Below are positions 9,162 through 17,978 of a DNA stretch of 32,000 bases, in pieces. The translations under genes and the position numbers were made by a program. The stretch is from positions 20,193-52,192 of the forward strand of contig JBHLRO010000004.1 in NCBI GenBank assembly GCA_048882505.1. Direction: 5' to 3'. The notes under the pieces are model-generated. The model searched no databases. It saw only the letters and a program-made list of their open reading frames with translations, and was not told where the DNA came from. This stretch comes from Candidatus Thorarchaeota archaeon. Its GTDB lineage: Archaea > Asgardarchaeota > Heimdallarchaeia > Hodarchaeales > Hodarchaeaceae. Position 1 is the first letter of the stretch, and each line of letters opens with the position of its first letter.

Positions 9162-9670
9162 CCGAAATAGAGAATGATTCCCAGAATAAGAATCCAGGTG
9201 CCAATGATAGTCTGGAGCCAGAACCAGGATAGTTCGTCACCTATATTCTCTGATCCTATATAGGCACCCTTCAGGATTTCTCTAACCCATCCCCCAATCA
9301 TGATCGACTGTTCTTTAGTTACAACACAAATTCCGCCCTTATGGGTCCAAGGGGAGAAAAGGTAGACGGGGGTTCTACCCGCTAAAATGTCTTGCAAGAG
9401 ATGAAGTAATGATCCCAAAAGGAGAAACTGGAGAAGCGGGTAGAGCGTGGATAACAATGCCAATCCCAAGATAAAAAAAACGGTATGGGATAATTCTCGA
9501 TGGCCGATCGAAAAACGTTTTCCCGAAAAGAGTAACAAATCAAACAAATCAGGAAAAACGGATCCCAAACCCAATAGCAGAAATTCCAATCCCCCTAGAG
9601 GTTCACCCAGAATCCCGAATATTATCAGACTGATTCCTAATGTCCATTCGAGATGTGCAATAGGTTCCAA
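9158..9670 (-). CDS. YdjM-like membrane metal-dependent hydrolase
   Basis: AH, GSVFPDLFD, HRELSHT, LHLLQD, PVYLFSPW: the typical H / PDxD / HRxxxH / HxxxD ligand pattern. Confidence 0.8.
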   Translation of the reverse strand: MEPIAHLEWTLGISLIIFGILGEPLGGLEFLLLGLGSVFPDLFDLLLFSGKRFSIGHRELSHTVFFILGLALLSTLYPLLQFLLLGSLLHLLQDILAGRTPVYLFSPWTHKGGICVVTKEQSIMIGGWVREILKGAYIGSENIGDELSWFWLQTIIGTWILILGIILYFG

Positions 9671-9892
9671 GCGAATTCTCTTCTCCAGTAAATCGTGGGG
9701 CCTTATCTGTATGATTTCGAGGAGTCTTCACGAGCTTTCTTATAACTTCCAGTGACATATCCGTACAAGGCTCTAAATCCAAGAAATAAGTTCTCTTAAT
9801 GAAACCAAACACATCCATGAATGTATCACTTTCTGGAAGCCCTACAAATATGAATGCATAATTTTATATCTCTCAGAAAAAGGGATTTAGTG

Positions 9893-11692
9893 ATGGAGCA
9901 GGTAACCGTCGTTTTCCGGAATATATGCGCCCCAGGACCCTGTAATTATCGATGCATTACCTTATGCCCCGTCAACATGACAGGAAAGAAAAGTAAACCT
10001 ATTCTCGTCCCCAAAGCCATCAAATTGAGAAAACAATCAGCTATTCCCACTATTGATCCAAAATACTGTATTAATTGTGGGATTTGTGTTAATGCATGTT
10101 ATATTGGAGCAATTAAATCGGTGAATATCCCTGGAGAAATGGAATCATGGCAACCTACACATCAGTACCACGAATCTCAGTTTCGTCTTTTCGGATTACC
10201 CACATTAAGTCCGGGCACCATCGTAGGAATTATTGGAGAGAATGGAATAGGTAAATCAACACTACTTGACATACTTGCGGGAAAATTGCAGCCAAATGGG
10301 GGAAAATTCACTTCTGATGCACATCACGAATTTCTCACTTCCTTACGAATCCCCGGAATGTCTCATTTTCTAGAACAGGTTAATTCTGGTGAAATGACAG
10401 TTACGTTTAAAAAACAGGACTTGACGTTCCTCAAAGATAAAAATGATACACTTCGTTCCCTAATGAGTGATGTTCCTATTGAAGATAAACAGATCATAGA
10501 TTTGCTTCAGCTCCGCCCTCTTCTTGACAAATCTACCTCCGTTGCAAGTGGGGGCGAGCTTCAACGTATTGCGATTGCTCTAACCCTACTTCAGCCCGCG
10601 GATGTCTATCTCCTAGATGAACCCGCAACATATCTCGATATCCAACAGCGCTTAGAACTGGTCCGAGCTCTTAAAGTCAAACTCAATGACTCCAGAACCA
10701 TTGCTGTTGTTGAACACGATATCTCTGTTTTGGATTACTGGTCGGATCATATTAATATCTGTTGGGGTTCACCGCATGTCTATGGGGTGATTTCTAGGAC
10801 ATTGTCCGTCAAAAAAGGGCTGAATTCGTTCTTAACAGGGTGGCTTAAGGAAGAAAATATTCATTTTCGTCGACGTGTTATTACCTTCAAAAGATCCGTT
10901 AAAGAGCGAGCTTGGAAGGATCGGATGAGATTAGATTGGCCCGAGGTACAGATAAAGTTAAACGGATTCTCTTTAGATGTTACCTCTGGGAGCACATATC
11001 AGGGCGAAATCCTAGTTATCCTCGGCGAGAATGGATTAGGAAAGACCACTTTTGCCAATTTACTGGCTGGTAAGATTCCAGGTCATAGCATCGAGATGGC
11101 AGCAACTATTAGCTATAAACCACAGCAAATCACAAAAGAATTCGATGTTACTGTACAAAGATTTCTTCAAGAAGTAACGGGAAAATTTCTTAACGCCAAA
11201 TTTTGGAAATTGCAGCTACTTAATCCATTAGGTATCAATCACTTTATGGAACGGAATATGAGGGAGTTGTCAGGAGGAGAAACGCAACGTGTATTTATTG
11301 CGGCATGTCTTGCCCGAGACGCACAGTTATATATCCTAGATGAACCATCTGCATTTTTAGATGCATTAGAGAGAACAAAAATCGCTTCCGTGATCCGGAA
11401 CCAACCGAAAAGAAATCCTTCCTGTTCGGTAATGACAATAGAGCACGATATTCAACTAGCGGATTTTACCGCGGATCGCATCATGATTTTTGAGGGCAAT
11501 CCTGCCTCTTATGGAGAAATGATTGCTCCCATGTCTAAAAGAAATGGAATGAATCGGTTCCTGAAACACCTAGGAATAACTTTTCGCCGAGATCCTGAGA
11601 CTGGACGGGCAAGAATCAATAAGGAAGGTTCTCAGATGGATAAACGGCAAAAAGAATTGGGGGAGTACTATTATACCCTTGAAAAAACCTGA
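9893..11692 (+). CDS. rli: Ribosome recycling ATPase ABCE1 (RNase L inhibitor homolog)
   Basis: N-terminal 8-Cys Fe-S domain (CAPGPCNYRCITLCP...CINCGICVNAC), two NBDs (GENGIGKST, GENGLGKTT) and C-terminal TFRRDPETGRARINKEGS...GEYYY. The ORF track starts at 9854; ATG 9893 gives a more typical N-terminus. Confidence 0.93.
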   Translation: MEQVTVVFRNICAPGPCNYRCITLCPVNMTGKKSKPILVPKAIKLRKQSAIPTIDPKYCINCGICVNACYIGAIKSVNIPGEMESWQPTHQYHESQFRLFGLPTLSPGTIVGIIGENGIGKSTLLDILAGKLQPNGGKFTSDAHHEFLTSLRIPGMSHFLEQVNSGEMTVTFKKQDLTFLKDKNDTLRSLMSDVPIEDKQIIDLLQLRPLLDKSTSVASGGELQRIAIALTLLQPADVYLLDEPATYLDIQQRLELVRALKVKLNDSRTIAVVEHDISVLDYWSDHINICWGSPHVYGVISRTLSVKKGLNSFLTGWLKEENIHFRRRVITFKRSVKERAWKDRMRLDWPEVQIKLNGFSLDVTSGSTYQGEILVILGENGLGKTTFANLLAGKIPGHSIEMAATISYKPQQITKEFDVTVQRFLQEVTGKFLNAKFWKLQLLNPLGINHFMERNMRELSGGETQRVFIAACLARDAQLYILDEPSAFLDALERTKIASVIRNQPKRNPSCSVMTIEHDIQLADFTADRIMIFEGNPASYGEMIAPMSKRNGMNRFLKHLGITFRRDPETGRARINKEGSQMDKRQKELGEYYYTLEKT

Positions 11693-11734
11693 AACACTGT
11701 ATGAAGCACTCTCTAAGCGAACCATTCTCCTAAC

Positions 11735-12922
11735 TTAACCTAAAAAGGGAAACACCATCTGAAAAAGCTCAGAAGGGACAGGTAAACACAGGATAGCCAA
11801 ACCTATCGAGAGAATCGCAATAATTTTACGGCCCGAGCTAACCTGAGAAACATCATCAAGTGGTCCAGCGTGCCCCGTTTGTGAATAAAACATAATAATA
11901 AGCAGAGCAAAAAACCAGAATCCCAGTATAACCATGAATCCTGCTGATATGTATGTCAAGGTTTTATGGTGACGTTCATCAAAAAGGGCTCGCGCAACAT
12001 GGCCTCCATCTAGCTGCCCGATTGGGATAAGATTCAGGCCCGTTAGAAGAAAACCTATGTACCCTGCGATCGCCAAGGGATTCAGAAAAACTTCTACTCC
12101 GCTTTGAGAAGTCGGTAGGATTATAAAGGCTAGCAATTCAAATAGGAGAATTCGAAAGCGAGATTCGCTAAATAGTCTGAAATCAAGTGCTAGGGGATCC
12201 TCCAGAAGTTGGATTGGTACCTCGGTTAATGGAATCACAGTTGATAGAACCAAACCCAATACTGAGAAGATTAGCGCGGGTACAAAACCAAAGAGCGGCC
12301 CTGCTAAACCTACATCAAACAAATCATTGCGAGATTTGGTCGGAGTTTTTTGGGTAATGAAGGCTCCGAAAGTCCCGTAACCAAATGGTATAGGGAGAAA
12401 ATACGGAAAACTGGCCTTAATACCGTGCAGGCGAGATGCAACCATATGTCCTAGTTCATGGATCCCAACAATGCCAATTAAGCCCACTGTGTAGAACAAA
12501 CCTGTTTCTATGGGACTTAAACTTGGGTTAACTTGACGCAGAAAGTTCCAAAGCATTAGACCCACAAAAAAAACGGATAAGACTGTCAAAGCGAACAATA
12601 TTAACGGCGTTTTCCAATTTTGTCCCGTAACTAATCGTTTATCAGTGTGAGGAAAAATATAGAGAACTCCACGAGATTTTTCGGTGGGATGAGAACGTAG
12701 GATTGGGACGTACCCTATCTTCTGAAGTTGTGAACTGACAGCTTCCATATTCTCGGATAGATCGCTTCGGCGAAGTACTTCATATGAGGGTATAGCTTGC
12801 ACTGGAAAAGGCTGGTTTTGCGGACCTAGAGCTCTATAACTAACTGAGGTCACCGTAAAATATTGAGAAACCAGGCCATCGATTTGTGAAAATATCCAAT
12901 TATTCATTGAATTGTTAAACAT
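11735..12922 (-). CDS. Site-2 protease, peptidase M50 family
   Basis: HELGH zinc motif, FDVGLAGP, NLIPIGQLDGGH (NPDG-type) and multiple TM segments. Confidence 0.92.
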   Translation of the reverse strand: MFNNSMNNWIFSQIDGLVSQYFTVTSVSYRALGPQNQPFPVQAIPSYEVLRRSDLSENMEAVSSQLQKIGYVPILRSHPTEKSRGVLYIFPHTDKRLVTGQNWKTPLILFALTVLSVFFVGLMLWNFLRQVNPSLSPIETGLFYTVGLIGIVGIHELGHMVASRLHGIKASFPYFLPIPFGYGTFGAFITQKTPTKSRNDLFDVGLAGPLFGFVPALIFSVLGLVLSTVIPLTEVPIQLLEDPLALDFRLFSESRFRILLFELLAFIILPTSQSGVEVFLNPLAIAGYIGFLLTGLNLIPIGQLDGGHVARALFDERHHKTLTYISAGFMVILGFWFFALLIIMFYSQTGHAGPLDDVSQVSSGRKIIAILSIGLAILCLPVPSELFQMVFPFLG

Positions 12923-12993
12923 AGTCGGATTCCAAAAGAGATAATCTACTATAACTTTCTATGACACACTTAAAATGACTAGTTAACGAGAAC

Positions 12994-13004
12994 AAAAAGA
13001 AAAA
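12994..13004 (-). terminator. Oligo-T terminator after the GTPase cluster
   Basis: TTTTTCTTTTT on the minus strand, 11 nt after the stop at 13016. Confidence 0.5.
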
Positions 13005-13015
13005 CTTCTGTCGAT

Positions 13016-13945
13016 TCAACCTTCTGTAATCGACTTTAATTGCGAGGAAAACGCCAATACTTTATTGTATAGGGATGCAATAGGTTCGTTTTTCTCTTTC
13101 AAGCGGTCTTTTGGAAATCCAAAAAACAAGGCCAAGGAATTCTCCAAAAATCGAATAACGAAAACATGTCGATCTGCTTCTAATAGGATAGAATTGGAAC
13201 TTTGGGTATCAGAATTGGATAGACGCTGGGCTACCGCATCGAAAAATTGTTTTACCTCCGAAAGGGATATGTGATCAAACCGAGACACATTTTCTACCTG
13301 TGTCAAGGGTGCTCCTTCTTTGGTAAATATCTGGGCCATGTCTGCATCGTTGTGATGAATAAAAGTTTCCAACAATGGTCTTAACGTTTTACGGGCGCCT
13401 GAAGCCTCTGAATAAACATCACCCATTGCACGAAAGATCGTGTCTGAAAAAACAGAGGTTTCGTAATAACGTACTGATTGCTTTACCCCTGCGGAAAGAT
13501 AATCAGATATTGTTCTCCGAACCTCCCCTTTCAGATGTTTTGGGACTAGATCTGCCTTATGTTGGAAAAGAAAAACGGTTGCAGAGGGGCTATATTCACC
13601 AAGTTTCTTGATCGACAAATCCAAATAGTATTTGGCTCTGGAAATATCAGGAATTTTGATGGAATCAACCACGAATACAAGGGCTTTAACTCCGCTAAAG
13701 ATGAATTCGGATAGCTCACCTGTGAAGCGATCCAGAAACGCAGTTTGGCCCCCTAAATCAAAGATTGTAAGTTCTGTACCGGCAATAGTCTTTTGCTTTC
13801 TTTCATAATCTATGGTCGCGTGATAAGGTTCCTCTTTGGACGGGATTTTACCCTCTGTCACAACGCGAATTATGGTAGATTTGCCGCTTTCTGCCAACCC
13901 CAAGATAAGTACTTTTGAAGATTTTTTCCTTGTAAGATATGACAT
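13016..13945 (-). CDS. Rag/Gtr1-like small GTPase with C-terminal roadblock/longin-like domain
   Basis: G1 GLAESGKST, G2 YHATIDY, G3 DLGGQ, G4 HKADL (Rag-type His), G5 ETSV, plus a ~120-aa C-terminal alpha/beta domain. Confidence 0.85.
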   Translation of the reverse strand: MSYLTRKKSSKVLILGLAESGKSTIIRVVTEGKIPSKEEPYHATIDYERKQKTIAGTELTIFDLGGQTAFLDRFTGELSEFIFSGVKALVFVVDSIKIPDISRAKYYLDLSIKKLGEYSPSATVFLFQHKADLVPKHLKGEVRRTISDYLSAGVKQSVRYYETSVFSDTIFRAMGDVYSEASGARKTLRPLLETFIHHNDADMAQIFTKEGAPLTQVENVSRFDHISLSEVKQFFDAVAQRLSNSDTQSSNSILLEADRHVFVIRFLENSLALFFGFPKDRLKEKNEPIASLYNKVLAFSSQLKSITEG

Positions 13946-13979
13946 CTATTTGCACACACCCTGATTGTTCTTGGAATTA

Positions 13980-14780
13980 CTAGACCGTCTCTAAGATTAC
14001 CCCAAGCTTTTCTAGGATCATCTCGCGCTCCAAAGGATCTTGAACATCTCTGATCTCCATTGCGTTTTTGAACCGAGACGAGTTTAAGTTTGATGCATGT
14101 TTACTTGCTAGAAAGAATTGTCGTTGAGAGACATCTTCTGTCATCTTCAACAAAATAATACGCTTAATAACGAGGTTACAAATAATCAAGATAGGATATT
14201 GGGTCAAACTCCCGTTAATGGGTAGTTCTAATAGTTCTCCCTGATTGTTTACATGGAAAAACTCGAGTCCCCCCTTACTTGGAAGATACACGGGTTCTTT
14301 TTCAGGAGAAACAGGTTCGATAATCTCTGTACTCTGAGACACATCCTGAATGCGGCTTAAAACACGTTTCATAATCGTAGGATTTGATAAAACATTTTCT
14401 TCACGGATTCCTACAGCCTCTGTTTTCAGAGTGGCTTCAATTGCACTATGTCGCTGAAAAATTTCGTCCCGCATTTTTGAATCAAATAACAACCAGATAG
14501 TGGATTCTCTTCCGTGTTGATCGATCCGAATATCCTTTGTATCCGTTGGGATGACAGTAAAGGACATGGCAAGAGCTTCTAAGGTCGGAGTGTCCGGGAC
14601 GGGGATCGAACCATGAAGACGATAGTGTTGTTTCTCCGCTACTGTTCCTGCTCCCATGGAAAGGATCGTCATGCCTATTACGGATAACTTTACCGTTGTG
14701 TCTTCTGGCAGCTCAGATAAGTTCAAAAGAGGAAATGGCCCCATGTCTGTCATCGTTGTAACCACAAGTCCATTAATCAT
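13980..14780 (-). CDS. Hypothetical protein: putative longin/uDENN-like N-domain plus gelsolin-like C-domain
   Basis: Intact 266-aa ORF with operon-like spacing (18 and 34 nt). N-terminus VVTTMTDMGP; C-terminus FHVNNQGELLEL...RQFFLASKHASNL. Domain calls are by eye only. Confidence 0.6.
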   Translation of the reverse strand: MINGLVVTTMTDMGPFPLLNLSELPEDTTVKLSVIGMTILSMGAGTVAEKQHYRLHGSIPVPDTPTLEALAMSFTVIPTDTKDIRIDQHGRESTIWLLFDSKMRDEIFQRHSAIEATLKTEAVGIREENVLSNPTIMKRVLSRIQDVSQSTEIIEPVSPEKEPVYLPSKGGLEFFHVNNQGELLELPINGSLTQYPILIICNLVIKRIILLKMTEDVSQRQFFLASKHASNLNSSRFKNAMEIRDVQDPLEREMILEKLGVILETV

Positions 14781-14798
14781 TGTTGTTGTCTCCTGGGT

Positions 14799-15722
14799 TC
14801 ATTGAAGCGCTTCTACGAATTCCATGCATACCTTTTCTGCTTCTGGATAGGACATTGTACCTAATTTAAATCGAGACAGTTTGCCAATAAGCACCAGAAT
14901 TCGGTCGGGTGGAAGTATGATCGAAATATTTAAGAAATCTTCCATTCGTTGGATGTTAATCTTGAGCTCTGGAGGAAATTCAAAAACTTCATTGGCCGCA
15001 AGGAAACGAACTATTTGAGGGCCTACATTTTCTTCCCAGGAAGGTGTTTTTCCTGCTGCCGCCAAGAGTTTGTAATTGTTACGTGACAATATGTAGGCAC
15101 CAGAAAAACCAAGGCCTTTCATTTTCTCGTTAATTATCTTACGGAACTTGATCTCGTCAACTTTAGTTTTATCTTCGATGCCAATAGATCCTTTCCTTTC
15201 ATTGGTTTTTCTGATGATCTGGGTAAAAACAAGATTCGTTATTCGCTGTTCATCAGCGCCCTTCAAACTAACGATGTACGTTGAGATTTCTTTCGGATAA
15301 ATATCGTGTAGCTGATTTAGAAGGGTATCTTTTATCTTCTGCCTTTCCGCTTCATTTGTGATCAGGTGGCCTCGGTTTAAGATTAGCAGTACTTGAAGAT
15401 CATGGTTTTCCTTGTCTGTGAAATTCTTTATTATCCCTTGAAAATCCGCCGCTGTGTCATCCAGTCTCTGATAGGTTATGTCATGAATGTAAATTAGTGC
15501 ACCTGTTTTCATTAAGACTTTGTGCTCTAATGTCGGAAGGATGGCGGTAACATATGAGTCTTCACCCCTTTTTCTAGCAGAAGTTGTTATTAAATCATAG
15601 TAGTAAACATTCTCTCTTATTCCAAGATCGGGTTCAGTTTTTCCTAATTTCATCAATTGGTTAAAAAGCAGATCCTTTCCTGAGTGAGATAAGCCAGCGA
15701 CCGCAATTAAATTCCTTTTCAA
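14799..15722 (-). CDS. Degenerate Rag-like GTPase (pseudo-GTPase) with C-terminal roadblock-like domain
   Basis: G1 GLSHSGKD, no DxxG, G4 position NRGH, and a retained ALIYIHDIT strand. The C-terminal FSGAYILSRNNYKLLAAAG is roadblock-like. TTG start. Confidence 0.7.
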   Translation of the reverse strand: MKRNLIAVAGLSHSGKDLLFNQLMKLGKTEPDLGIRENVYYYDLITTSARKRGEDSYVTAILPTLEHKVLMKTGALIYIHDITYQRLDDTAADFQGIIKNFTDKENHDLQVLLILNRGHLITNEAERQKIKDTLLNQLHDIYPKEISTYIVSLKGADEQRITNLVFTQIIRKTNERKGSIGIEDKTKVDEIKFRKIINEKMKGLGFSGAYILSRNNYKLLAAAGKTPSWEENVGPQIVRFLAANEVFEFPPELKINIQRMEDFLNISIILPPDRILVLIGKLSRFKLGTMSYPEAEKVCMEFVEALQ

Positions 15723-15843
15723 TTTTATACCCCCGTTGTACTTGGAAGCGGAACTAAACTTCGTAATGCGTCAATGAGGTTTTTTCGCAAGATTATACCT
15801 CAACCAGAGTGCAGATGGTAGATTGAAATCTAATGTAAGATAT

Positions 15844-16857
15844 TTACGCTACAGGTTGGAGCATACCTTCCAATTGATTAGATACCAGCTTGACAGTTTC
15901 TTCAATATCCACCAAAGATCTAGTTTCGAGCATTGATTTTTGGTCAGTACCAAGAAGGAGTAGTAAATAATGAGGTTTCACTTTAAACTTGAATACCATG
16001 GCGTTTCCAACCCGTTTCAGCTCCGTATTCGAGCCAGCTTTTAGATTTTTTTCATTGGCTTTTTCCATAATCTCTAGGAGTCGACGAATTTCTTCTAGTT
16101 GGGCATCCGATCCTTGAACAAGAAACTCTGGATCTTCCGAGGAGATTAAGAGTACTTCGTCCAAACGATTCATGAACTTAACCGTATGTAACACTTGTTG
16201 GATAGGACGTAGTCTTAGGCGGCGTTGTATCGCTTCTAAATCTGCTTCTTCTTCAATCTCCTCTGCTTCTGGAATGATTTCGCTAGCTTCCGCAGTGATT
16301 CGTTTAAATGCTTCATGAATTGAGTTATCGTAAATTGAGGTCTGAAGAAACGTAATATTCTTCGTAGCCACAGCATCTTGAAACATTTCCATCAAGAACT
16401 CCATTCTTTCGGCCCTTTGAGTTAGGTCGGGAAGTAAATCCGTCTTGTGGAGTAAAATATATACTGCAGGCTGTACATCTGACATTTCTTCTAATCTGGA
16501 TACGCCTTCAACAAAGGCCTTTAGGCTTGCGGGAAATTTCTCTGGCGTACTGATGTCACAGATAAAAACTAATACAGCAACGTTACTGAATATGAAAGAG
16601 CTCATGCTACTCAAAAACCGCTTTAAAAAAACCTCCTGGCCTCCCAGATCCATCACCGTAACAGGTTCATCGGCCACTTGCTCGATCTGTCGCTCGTAAT
16701 TAAGTGTAGCTGAGTAGTTCTGTGTTTCCTCTGGGGTTTTCCCCCCAAATACAACATCACGGATTGATGTTTTACCTGCTTGTGAAAGCCCCAAAAGAAT
16801 AATCTTTCGACTTGCGCTAGTTTTCAATTGTTTTAAATAATGTGACACGCTTATCAC
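15844..16857 (-). CDS. Rag/Gtr1-like small GTPase with acidic linker and C-terminal roadblock/longin-like domain
   Basis: G1 GLSQAGKTS, G2 YSATLNY, G3 DLGGQ, G4 HKTDL, G5 QTSIYD. An alternative GTG start at 16848 follows an SD-like GGGTGA. Confidence 0.87.
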   Translation of the reverse strand: MISVSHYLKQLKTSASRKIILLGLSQAGKTSIRDVVFGGKTPEETQNYSATLNYERQIEQVADEPVTVMDLGGQEVFLKRFLSSMSSFIFSNVAVLVFICDISTPEKFPASLKAFVEGVSRLEEMSDVQPAVYILLHKTDLLPDLTQRAERMEFLMEMFQDAVATKNITFLQTSIYDNSIHEAFKRITAEASEIIPEAEEIEEEADLEAIQRRLRLRPIQQVLHTVKFMNRLDEVLLISSEDPEFLVQGSDAQLEEIRRLLEIMEKANEKNLKAGSNTELKRVGNAMVFKFKVKPHYLLLLLGTDQKSMLETRSLVDIEETVKLVSNQLEGMLQPVA

Positions 16858-17083
16858 CCTGACAAAACACGATTCATTGTCTTTGGACCGTATATGGTCG
16901 AAGGGGGGAGTTATTCGATTAGAATCAAATAAGCTTTCAGACCATGCGATGTGTGATACAAAGCCTTAATAAAGCTCACGTTTCCGAGTATTTGGTGTTT
17001 TCATACAAGAATCGAGGTTGAGGCTTCCATCTCCTAATCTTCCCTAAAAAAGCGATCATTTACGATGCTGGAAGTGAATTTCC

Positions 17084-17422
17084 GTGCAATTCAACCGTGA
17101 AGGCATTTTATGCGAGAATAGCTGTCGATTCTTTCGATGTTCAGAAAGGTTTATGAAAATTACCTGGAGAAACAATCAAAAGATAATTCTATGCAAAATG
17201 GTGGAGGGGGATGAATGCATCGGATATAAATGTAAATTTGCAGTATGTGGATTTCGGCCGCCTGCCCTTGAGATCGATACTGGAGCATGCTTGGAAAAGA
17301 AAAAAAACCGGGCACCCAAACGAATTCCACCAAAACACGTAAGTGACGACGATCCCTTACGCTATCGTAATCTACTTGACAAAAAATTGCAGAAGGGATT
17401 TAAAATTAAAGATTATTACTGA
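17084..17422 (+). CDS. Small Cys-rich (8 Cys) basic hypothetical protein, probably metal-binding
   Basis: CENSCRFFRC...CKMVEGDECIGYKCKFAVC...GAC with a Lys/Arg-rich tail. Divergent from the GTPase cluster. Confidence 0.7.
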   Translation: MQFNREGILCENSCRFFRCSERFMKITWRNNQKIILCKMVEGDECIGYKCKFAVCGFRPPALEIDTGACLEKKKNRAPKRIPPKHVSDDDPLRYRNLLDKKLQKGFKIKDYY

Positions 17423-17430
17423 TATGCCCT

Positions 17431-17455
17431 TTTTAAATGCGTACGCAATTTAAAA
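17431..17455. repeat. 25-bp quasi-palindrome
   Basis: TTTTAAAT-GCGTACGC-A-ATTTAAAA, perfect except for one extra A. Confidence 0.5.
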
Positions 17456-17508
17456 TGAACAAAATCACTTGAAAAGATAGGAATTAATTTACCGTTTGGT
17501 GCAAACAG

Positions 17509-17790
17509 TTGGAAGAAACAGAATCAATATACTACATAATTCTCTTGGCAGCAGCTCTTTTTATGGTTCCTAACTCGCAAGATAATCTCCTATCATTGTT
17601 GATTTTGGGAGCAAAAGTTTTTTTGGCCGTTGCTATGATCTTAATAGCAGTAAAAAACATCCCATTTTTCACGCCATATATTCCAATAAGCTTAGGAGAC
17701 AATATTATCAAACTATTAGCCTGGATTGGAGTTTTGATTGTAGGGATTTTATTGATTATCAGCAGTTTACTAAGCATTGTGCCAAATTAA
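17509..17790 (+). CDS. Small membrane protein (about 3 TM), hypothetical
   Basis: 93-aa hydrophobic ORF filling the gap between clear genes; TTG start. Confidence 0.6.
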   Translation: MEETESIYYIILLAAALFMVPNSQDNLLSLLILGAKVFLAVAMILIAVKNIPFFTPYIPISLGDNIIKLLAWIGVLIVGILLIISSLLSIVPN

Positions 17791-17978
17791 GAGATTTCAA
17801 GGATCAAAAAAACACTTGATCACGAAAGGCAAGATCCCCTTTTCTTGGTAGCTGATTCACGAATCTGGTCAACCATCCTCATGGGACAGGGTAGATAAAT
17901 GAGAAGGAATAGTTCAGATTAGGGTATTGTGCCAGAAAAGATCCTAAGAACCATTGAAATTAAAACAACAATGCCATC

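Noticed and set aside
9603-9818. 71-aa minus-strand ORF upstream of the YdjM pair
   Set aside because: It overlaps the real gene out of frame, occupies the divergent promoter region and has no family features.
11735-12922. Site-2 protease as a fifth member of the GTPase operon
   Set aside because: An oligo-T tract at 12994-13004 and TATA-like strings just upstream of 12922 suggest separate transcription; a functional link is not excluded.
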